Assembly (NCBI GenBank): GCA_012517875.1
Contig: JAAYUB010000092.1
Span: 51,121 to 115,120, forward strand
Source: Acidobacteriota bacterium
Lineage (GTDB): Bacteria; Acidobacteriota; JAAYUB01
Length of the DNA stretch: 64,000 nucleotides
Reading direction: 5' to 3'
Shown here in pieces: positions 57,194 to 64,000 of this stretch (positions are counted from its first letter, which is position 1; each line of letters opens with the position of its first letter). A program made the translations under genes and the position numbers. The notes below the pieces were generated by a model. That model ran no database searches. It was not told the DNA's origin and saw nothing but the letters and a program-made list of their open reading frames with translations.

Positions 57194-57646
57194 ATGAACA
57201 CAATCTATTTCAAGAATCTTCAGCGTCAGCACCGGATCGACACCAAGACGTTCCGCCGGCTGCTGCTGAGCGCCATGCGCCGGCTGGACGTCTCCGGATC
57301 CCTGCTGACGGTGGTATTCTGCCGCTCGGCGCGGATCCGGGAGCTGAACCGGCTGTACCGCGACCTGGACGAGCCGACCGATGTCCTATCGTTCCCCTCC
57401 GCCGATGCCGGCGAAGACGGACGGACCTACTTGGGGGATATTTTCATCGCCCCGGAAGTGGCGGCCGAGTATGCGTGTCAAGGCGGGATTGAGCTGGCTG
57501 ACGAGCTGGCCGTCCTCCATCTCCACGGTCTGCTGCACCTGCTCGGATATGACCACGAGACCGACGCCGGCCAGATGCTGGCGCTGCAGGCCGCGCTGGA
57601 GCGGGAGCTCAGACCACGAGGACCGGGACGGTCGACCGCCGGATGA
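57194..57646 (+). CDS. ybeY: rRNA maturation RNase YbeY
   Basis: LNRLYR..DEPTDVLSFP, LGDIFI, HGLLHLLGYDH. Confidence 0.96.
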   Translation: MNTIYFKNLQRQHRIDTKTFRRLLLSAMRRLDVSGSLLTVVFCRSARIRELNRLYRDLDEPTDVLSFPSADAGEDGRTYLGDIFIAPEVAAEYACQGGIELADELAVLHLHGLLHLLGYDHETDAGQMLALQAALERELRPRGPGRSTAG

Positions 57647-58526
57647 CCCGCTCCGTAGTGCTCCCCACCACGTAATCCTCGACTTCGTCGTAGCCGTTGT
57701 TGGACAGGACGACCAGGTCGATGCTCGCCTCCGTGATGTAATCCACGATGGTCGCCGGCGGCGCGCCTTCCCGCAATGCAATGGTGACTCCGGATGCGCC
57801 CGCATCCGGCAGCGCAAACAACCGGCGGATCTTCGCCTCCATTCGGCCCCTCGCCTCGGGATCCAGCTCAAAGACGGAATCGACGCCGCCGGCGTAGTAG
57901 GCGGGGTGGAACCGCGCCTCCACCGCATGCAGGAGATGGATGTGGGGGGCGCTGTTCCCCCGGATGAGTGGCAGCCAGCTCATGGGCCGGACGGAATTGG
58001 ACGAGAAATCGGTAGGGATGAGGACATGGTCCAGATGCAGGTCCCGCCCGTCGGACGTCAAGCAGGGCCGCATGCCTTGCCGCACCAGCCAGGCCGGACA
58101 GGGACAGCGGCGCAGCACCGCCTCGGCGACACTCCCGAACACCACCTGCTCGAGGCTGCGTCGGCCGTGGGTGGACATCACCAGCAGGTCGATCGCCTGT
58201 TCGGCAACATAATCCATGATCATGGACGGGACGCTGAATCCCCGGCGCGTTGCCTGGATGGTCCGGACGCGGCCGCCGGCGGCGGCGCCGCTGGAGCCGG
58301 CCAGCTTGTTTCGGGCCTGATCCTCCTCGGCCTCAAAAAACCGCGCCAGTGAGGCGAACTCGTCGGCGATACGTTGCGGATCGTAGGCGTGGGGTGTCAC
58401 CGCATGGAACACGTGGAGGATGGCGCCGGACATCGCGGCCAGCGCCGACGCGTAGGGCAAGGCCGCCTCGGCCGCTTCGGAGAAATCGGTGGTGAACAGA
58501 ATGTTCCGGAGTCGGGGATCGCTCAT
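57609..58526 (-). CDS. tandem-domain universal stress protein
   Basis: Two USP domains (ILFTTDFS...MSTHGRR..FGSVAE; VLIPTDFS...VGSTTERVIR..PVLVV); ATG 58526. Confidence 0.92.
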   Translation of the reverse strand: MSDPRLRNILFTTDFSEAAEAALPYASALAAMSGAILHVFHAVTPHAYDPQRIADEFASLARFFEAEEDQARNKLAGSSGAAAGGRVRTIQATRRGFSVPSMIMDYVAEQAIDLLVMSTHGRRSLEQVVFGSVAEAVLRRCPCPAWLVRQGMRPCLTSDGRDLHLDHVLIPTDFSSNSVRPMSWLPLIRGNSAPHIHLLHAVEARFHPAYYAGGVDSVFELDPEARGRMEAKIRRLFALPDAGASGVTIALREGAPPATIVDYITEASIDLVVLSNNGYDEVEDYVVGSTTERVIRRSTVPVLVV

Positions 58527-58615
58527 GGGGCACCGCCTGCTGTTTTTGAGCATTATAGCGGAGCCCGGGGCCGGCGACAACGGCAGCGTCCGTCGGTCGC
58601 CCGGATCAGAAACGA

Positions 58616-59611
58616 TCAGATTTCCCAGCGCAGCAGGGAACTGCCCCAGGTGAACCCGGCGCCGAAACTGGCCAGGACGATCCAGTCGCCTTTCCGGATG
58701 CGGCCGTCCCGGGCGGCTTCGTACAGGCAGATGGGAATCGTGGCGGAGGTCGTGTTGCCGTAGCGATCGATGTTGACGATCACCTGGTCGTCGCGCAAAC
58801 CCAGGCGTTCGGCGCACGCTGAGATTATCCGCAGGTTGGCCTGGTGGGGCACAAACAGTTTAAGCTGCTCCGGGGCCAGGTTGTTCCGCCGCAGGATTTC
58901 CTCAGAGGCGCTGGCCATCTCGGTGACGGCAAATTTGTAAACCTGGCGGCCCTCCTGGTGGATGACATGCATCTTCTTGTCCACAGTCTCGTGGCTGGGC
59001 GGGTTGAGGCTGCCGCCGCCCGGCATGTAGAGGAACTTGCCGCCCGACCCGTCGGTGCGGAGCACGAAGTCCTTCAATCCGACCTCGTTTTCGTCCGCCG
59101 GCTCCAGGAGCGCGGCGCCGGCGCCGTCGCCGAACAACACGCAGGTGGCTCGATCGGTGTAGTCGACGATCGAGGACATTGTTTCGGCGCCGACGACGAC
59201 CACCCGCCGGTGGACGCCGGTCCGGACAAACTTCTCGCCGACGGCCAGGGCGAAGATGAATCCGGAGCATGCACCCGACAAGTCGAAGCCCCAGGCGTTC
59301 TTGGCGCCAATTTTCTCCTGGACCACGCAGGCGGTGGAGGGAAAGAACATATCGGGGGTCACCGACGGGATGATGATCAGGTCGATGTCCGCGGGCTCGA
59401 TGCCCCGGGAGCTGCACAGGCGGAGGATGGCCTGGGCGGCCAGATCGGAGGTGGCCTGGCCCTTCTCTACGATGTGCCGCTCGTGGATGCCGGTGCGCTC
59501 CAGGATCCAATCGTTGGTGGTATCGACCATTTTCTCCAGATCCGCGTTCGTCAGGACGCGCTCCGGAACGTACATGCTGATGCCGGAAATCTTGACCTTA
59601 TATTCGCTCAC
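58616..59611 (-). CDS. fabH: 3-oxoacyl-ACP synthase III
   Basis: ACSGF catalytic Cys, FGDGAGA, PHQANLRI, YGNTTSA, FGAGFTWG; GTG 59611. Confidence 0.96.
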   Translation of the reverse strand: MSEYKVKISGISMYVPERVLTNADLEKMVDTTNDWILERTGIHERHIVEKGQATSDLAAQAILRLCSSRGIEPADIDLIIIPSVTPDMFFPSTACVVQEKIGAKNAWGFDLSGACSGFIFALAVGEKFVRTGVHRRVVVVGAETMSSIVDYTDRATCVLFGDGAGAALLEPADENEVGLKDFVLRTDGSGGKFLYMPGGGSLNPPSHETVDKKMHVIHQEGRQVYKFAVTEMASASEEILRRNNLAPEQLKLFVPHQANLRIISACAERLGLRDDQVIVNIDRYGNTTSATIPICLYEAARDGRIRKGDWIVLASFGAGFTWGSSLLRWEI

Positions 59612-59794
59612 GAGGGTCCGCCTTTCGGGTGGAATTTTGAAAACCCAGTTTGTATCAGAATCGCCGGAGCATTTCAACCCCGAATTTCCGGTGCGGCTGT
59701 TTCCCGGTCTCGGTGCCGTAATTCCTCCGCGGCCTGCCGTCGGCAGAGCGGTTCGCCCGGATCGCCAGAAAAGTGAAGTCCTTTCGCCTTTTTT

Positions 59795-59803
59795 TGATAG
59801 AAT
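59795..59803 (+). promoter_or_regulatory. extended -10 promoter of the ECF sigma operon
   Basis: TGATAGAAT 33 nt upstream of the ATG, in an AT-rich stretch. Confidence 0.5.
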
Positions 59804-59836
59804 GACATCTTTCATCTTGGCCCCGGGGCTGTTCGG

Positions 59837-60421
59837 ATGAGCAGCGGCGAAGCAGAAGAGATCCGACGGTTTTTGGCAGGCGACGAGGGCGCGTTCCAGT
59901 TGATCATGAATCGCTGGCACCGCCCCATCGTCAACTTCCTGTACCGGTGCACCGGCAGCCAGGATGACGCCGCCGAACTGGCTCAGGAAACGTTTCAGAC
60001 TGTCTCCCGGCGGCTCGGCGATTTGAAGGATCCCGCCCGGTTCTCCTCGTGGATCTACAAGATCGCCTTGAACCACTGCCGGATGCGGATGCGCAGACAG
60101 CGCAACCGACAGATGGAGTCGCTGGATGCCCAGACCTTTGAAAACAACGAGCCGAAGGACAGCTACCAATCGCTCACGCTCAGCACGTCGCTCTCACCGG
60201 AGGAGCGCCTGTCCAAGCAGGAGATGGCCCGGGTGGTCCGCCAGGCACTCGACCGGATCGAGCCGAAGCAGCGCGAGGTGATCGTGTTGAAGGAGTATTC
60301 CGGATTGCGGTTCCATGAGATCGCCGAGGTGCTCGACGCCCCGATCTCGACAATCAAATCCCGGATGTATCTGGGACTGGACAGCCTCCGGCGGGAAATC
60401 ATCAAAATCATTCGACCATAG
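59837..60421 (+). CDS. ECF RNA polymerase sigma factor
   Basis: Region 2 (ELAQETF...FSSWIYKIALNHC) and region 4 (REVIVLKEYSGLRFHEIAEVL...TIKSR); no region 3. Confidence 0.95.
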   Translation: MSSGEAEEIRRFLAGDEGAFQLIMNRWHRPIVNFLYRCTGSQDDAAELAQETFQTVSRRLGDLKDPARFSSWIYKIALNHCRMRMRRQRNRQMESLDAQTFENNEPKDSYQSLTLSTSLSPEERLSKQEMARVVRQALDRIEPKQREVIVLKEYSGLRFHEIAEVLDAPISTIKSRMYLGLDSLRREIIKIIRP

Positions 60422-60428
60422 GTGTGCC

Positions 60429-61064
60429 ATGCATTGCGATCAAGCCAGAGAACGTTTACTGGATCTGATGTACGACGAGTTGCCCCCGGGCGCCGACCGC
60501 GACGCCCTGGACGCCCATCTGAGCGGCTGCCCCCGCTGCCGGGCCGAAATGGACGAACTGGGCATCACCCGGCGATTCTTGGCCGCCTGGGATGACGACC
60601 CGCCCGCGGTTCTCCACCGCCCGCTCGTCCCTGCGGCCATGGTCGGCCGGCCGTTGCTTCATTTTCCACGCATCTCCTGGCTCACGGCCGCCGCCGCCTT
60701 GCTCGTGATCGCCGCCGGCGTCCTGGTGGCCATCACCCCGGTGCAGGTTCGCTATCACGACAACGCAGTCGAGATCCGTCTGGGCGACACGCCGACAGCA
60801 CCCACCGCCGCCGACACGGAATGGCTGCGCACGGTGGATCAGATGATCGCCGAGAGCGAAGCCCGACAGATGGGCCGGTTCATGGATGCCATGCAGAATG
60901 TCAGTTTCCGACTCGAGGATGAGCGATACCGCGACCGTCAGGCCATCCAGCAGGGTTTCGATCTGGTGAAGGAGATTTACATGGACCAGATCGAGCGCAA
61001 CAACCAGCTGCTGGAGCTGTCTCTCCAGCAGGCGGACTACCGCACCCGAATTCAGCCCCGTTGA
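60429..61064 (+). CDS. zinc-binding (ZAS) transmembrane anti-sigma factor
   Basis: MHC...HLSGCPRC, one TM helix, periplasmic helical tail. Confidence 0.88.
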   Translation: MHCDQARERLLDLMYDELPPGADRDALDAHLSGCPRCRAEMDELGITRRFLAAWDDDPPAVLHRPLVPAAMVGRPLLHFPRISWLTAAAALLVIAAGVLVAITPVQVRYHDNAVEIRLGDTPTAPTAADTEWLRTVDQMIAESEARQMGRFMDAMQNVSFRLEDERYRDRQAIQQGFDLVKEIYMDQIERNNQLLELSLQQADYRTRIQPR

Positions 61065-61071
61065 GGTCGTC

Positions 61072-61644
61072 ATGATGCGCAGAAGCTATCTGCCCGTTGT
61101 ATTCTGCCTGATCGTCGGGCTGTCCGGTACCGCCAGCCTGTTTGGCGCCGGCACGCCGGCCGTCGATTTGAACCAGCTGCGGCGGGAGTGCGAACTGTTT
61201 GAGAACATCCTCAACACCTCCCTGCGCCAGAATATCCAGAATCCCCTGTTCATCGCCGAGAAAGTGCGCGGTGCGTATTTGGAAGGCTACGGCATCACCT
61301 TCACATACACCATCAATTTGAACCGATCGCTGATCCTGTTCCCTAGATCCGCCCAAACCGGCACCGCCCAATCCGGCAACGAGCCCGATCTCGGCAAGAC
61401 GGTTCAGATCCTGCGGCGGTGCGCCGCGGAGGTGCTGAGCCAGTATGGATCAGCCTTCCGGCAGTTGCCCGCCCAGAATAAAATCAGTATAATCGCCCAC
61501 GTTTTATCCCGCTCGGTGGATCCGAATGTGCAGTCCGGGCACGTCCTGGTCGTCACGGCCACCCGGAACGATCTGGACCAGCTCCTGCGGGCCCGGATCA
61601 CCGCCGATGAATTTAAAAAGAGGATCGTCTACCTTGAGTATTAA
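61072..61644 (+). CDS. secreted hypothetical protein
   Basis: Signal peptide; GAYLEGYGITF; lies between the anti-sigma gene and gspE with tight spacing. Confidence 0.7.
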   Translation: MMRRSYLPVVFCLIVGLSGTASLFGAGTPAVDLNQLRRECELFENILNTSLRQNIQNPLFIAEKVRGAYLEGYGITFTYTINLNRSLILFPRSAQTGTAQSGNEPDLGKTVQILRRCAAEVLSQYGSAFRQLPAQNKISIIAHVLSRSVDPNVQSGHVLVVTATRNDLDQLLRARITADEFKKRIVYLEY

Positions 61645-63340
61645 GCTGTCCGAAATCAAACAGAAGAAAAAGATCGGCGATATCCTGGTGGAAAAAGGGC
61701 TGGTCACCGCCGACGAGCTCAAGACCGCGCTCAACCTGCAGAAGGAATCGCGGGAGAAAATCGGGCGGATCCTCTGCGAACTCGGCTACATCTCCGAGAA
61801 GGACCTGTTGCAGGAATTGAGCCTGCAGCTGGAAATCCCCGTCCTGACCCCCGAGATGATCCCGCCGGTTCCGGTCATCGAGAACACCTTCAGCATTAAT
61901 TTTATGAAGTTCAACCGGTTTCTCCCGGTCCATTTTGAAGGTGGTCTGCTGAGCATCGCCTGCGTTTACCCCAACGACTACGCTCTGGTCAACACCATCC
62001 GCCAGCTCACCCAGCACGAAATCAAGACCTACCTGGCCGTCGAGTCGGAGATCATGGACCTCATCGACCGGCTGTACGGCGGCGCCGCATCCGACATGGA
62101 ACGAATCATCGAGGGGATCGGCGACGGCGAGATGGCCGGTCTCGAGGACGTCGAAGATATCGAACACCTCAAAGACCTGGCCTCGGAGGCGCCGGTTATC
62201 CGCCTGGTCAACTTGTTCCTCCAGAAAGCCGTGGAGAGCCGCTCCAGCGACATCCACGTGGAACCCTTCGAGAAGGAGTTCAAGGTCCGCTTCCGCATCG
62301 ACGGCATCCTCCACGACATCGAGTCGCCGCCGAAGCATCTCAAGGCGGCGATCATCTCCCGCATCAAGCTCATGGCCAAGCTGAACATCGCCGAACGGCG
62401 GCTCCCCCAGGACGGTCGCATCAAGCTCCGGGTGCTGGGCAAAGAGATCGACCTACGCGTCTCGACCCTGCCCACGCTGTTCGGCGAGAGCGTCGTGCTC
62501 CGCATCCTGGACAAAGGCTCGGCGGCCCACTATGACCTGGCTAAACTCGGCTTTCTCAGCGACACCATGAACACGATCCACACAATCATCCGCCGCCCCT
62601 ACGGCATGTTCCTGGTGACCGGCCCCACCGGCAGCGGCAAATCCACCACCCTGTACGGCTCGCTCAAAAAGATCAACCTGCCTGACAAGAAGATCATTAC
62701 CATCGAGGACCCGGTAGAATACCAGATCGAGGGTGTAAACCAGATCCACGTGAATCCCCAGATCGGCCTCACGTTCGCCAGCGGATTGCGCCACATCGTA
62801 CGCCAGGACCCGGATGTGATCATGGTGGGCGAAATCCGCGACCTCGAGACTGCGGAGATCGCCATCCGGGCGGCCCTCACGGGCCATCTCGTATTTTCCA
62901 CCCTCCACACGAACGACGCCCCGGGCGCCATTGCGCGCCTCATCGATATGGGCGCGGAAGACTACCTGCTGGCATCCTCGATCCTGGGCATCCTGGCCCA
63001 GCGCCTGGTCCGGGTCATCTGCGACGAATGCAAACAGCCGGTCCGGCCCGAGTCGGCGCTGCTTAAGCAGTTCAATTTCCCGGACGATACCATGTTCTTT
63101 GAGGGCAAGGGATGTCCTAGCTGCGCCGGCACCGGCTACCATGGACGCATCGGGATCTTCGAGTTGATGAACATGACCGAGGAGGTCAAACATCTGACCA
63201 TCAGCCGCGCACCAGCTTCCGAGATCCGCAAGATGGCCGTTCAGCAGGGCATGCGCACGCTGCAGGAGGACGGTTTTCTGAAAGTCAGCCGGGGTATGAC
63301 CACCCTCGCCGAAGTGCTGCGCGTCACGCAGGACGTGTAG
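61634..63340 (+). CDS. gspE: GspE/PilB family secretion ATPase
   Basis: KIGDILV N-domain, SDIHVEP, RRLPQDG, GPTGSGKST, TIEDPVE, RQDPDVIMVGEIRD, STLHTND; TTG 61634 overlaps the upstream stop. Confidence 0.95.
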   Translation: MSIKLSEIKQKKKIGDILVEKGLVTADELKTALNLQKESREKIGRILCELGYISEKDLLQELSLQLEIPVLTPEMIPPVPVIENTFSINFMKFNRFLPVHFEGGLLSIACVYPNDYALVNTIRQLTQHEIKTYLAVESEIMDLIDRLYGGAASDMERIIEGIGDGEMAGLEDVEDIEHLKDLASEAPVIRLVNLFLQKAVESRSSDIHVEPFEKEFKVRFRIDGILHDIESPPKHLKAAIISRIKLMAKLNIAERRLPQDGRIKLRVLGKEIDLRVSTLPTLFGESVVLRILDKGSAAHYDLAKLGFLSDTMNTIHTIIRRPYGMFLVTGPTGSGKSTTLYGSLKKINLPDKKIITIEDPVEYQIEGVNQIHVNPQIGLTFASGLRHIVRQDPDVIMVGEIRDLETAEIAIRAALTGHLVFSTLHTNDAPGAIARLIDMGAEDYLLASSILGILAQRLVRVICDECKQPVRPESALLKQFNFPDDTMFFEGKGCPSCAGTGYHGRIGIFELMNMTEEVKHLTISRAPASEIRKMAVQQGMRTLQEDGFLKVSRGMTTLAEVLRVTQDV

Positions 63341-63359
63341 GCGAACCGCACGAGGGATC

Positions 63360-64000
63360 ATGACGGCATTCACCTACAAAGCCACCACCCGCGACGGCAA
63401 GGTCGTCGATGGCCTGATCGAGGCCGAGAACGAGCGTGCGGTCCTGATTAAACTGCAGGACCTGGGCTATCTGCCGCTGCGGATCACCGCCGGATCAAAA
63501 AGCGGCGCCTCGGTGTTTGCGTTCAATTTTTCGGCTCAGCGGCGACGCAAGGTCCGCGCCAAAGACCTGCTGATGTTCACCCAGGAGCTCAAGACTCTGC
63601 TTCGTGCCGGACTGCCGCTGGACCGCAGCCTGATGATCCTCGAACAGCTCACGGAGAAGGGTGTGTTCCAGGAGATCATTCACGACGTCATCGGCAAGAT
63701 CAAGGGCGGCAAAACACTGGCCGACGCCATGGCCGATCATCCCGACGTGTTTCCCAAGGTCTACGTGAACATGATCCGTGCGGGCGAATCCGGCGGCGTG
63801 GTGCCGCAGGTCCTGGAGGAAGTCAGTGCTTATCTCGAGCGGAGCGTCGAGCTCAGGACCTACCTGGCGACCTCGCTGATTTACCCGGTCATCGTTTCCT
63901 CGATGATGATCGTGTCGCTGCTGGTGATGTTCCTCTTCGTGATCCCCAAGTTTGCGCAGATCTTCGAGAGCTCGCGGGCACCGATCCCGCTGCCCATGCA
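63360..64000 (+). CDS. gspF: GspF/PilC inner-membrane platform protein (3'-truncated by window end)
   Basis: MTAFTYKA...G.IEAENE, FTQELKTLLRAGLPL, FPKVYVNMIRAGESGG, LIYP; absent from the ORF track because no stop lies in the window. Confidence 0.93.
   Translation, partial: MTAFTYKATTRDGKVVDGLIEAENERAVLIKLQDLGYLPLRITAGSKSGASVFAFNFSAQRRRKVRAKDLLMFTQELKTLLRAGLPLDRSLMILEQLTEKGVFQEIIHDVIGKIKGGKTLADAMADHPDVFPKVYVNMIRAGESGGVVPQVLEEVSAYLERSVELRTYLATSLIYPVIVSSMMIVSLLVMFLFVIPKFAQIFESSRAPIPLPM

Overview
High-GC bacterial chromosomal segment with about 50 genes and two tRNAs (Ala-CGC, Ser-GCT). It has no integrase, transposase, prophage or CRISPR array. Gene content suggests an anaerobic, probably Acidobacteriota-like diderm (inference). 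Housekeeping genes include speA, selA, an sdhA-C-D-B cluster, queE, futalosine-pathway mqnA/mqnC, dprA-topA, ribD, ybeY, fabH and an ECF sigma/anti-sigma operon that runs into gspE/gspF. Highlights: (1) A gingipain-type C25 protease ends in a two-EF-hand dockerin, and elsewhere in the window a secreted protein carries an N-terminal cohesin-like domain plus four tandem beta repeats; together they suggest a non-cellulosomal, protease-displaying cohesin-dockerin system. (2) A three-gene operon encodes a membrane trypsin-FHA protease, a Zn-ribbon protein with a degenerate FHA domain and a transmembrane Ser/Thr kinase. All three carry an A-T-V-x-D motif matching the pThr-x-x-Asp FHA ligand, and a metallophosphoesterase is transcribed divergently. 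(3) A selenocysteine formate dehydrogenase is split by the ORF track at an in-frame UGA followed by an fdhF-type SECIS; it lies in a formate locus with a fused NuoE-NuoF subunit, an OFA transporter, FdhD, MobA and a DcaP-like porin. Family calls come from motif recognition by eye; no database searches were run.
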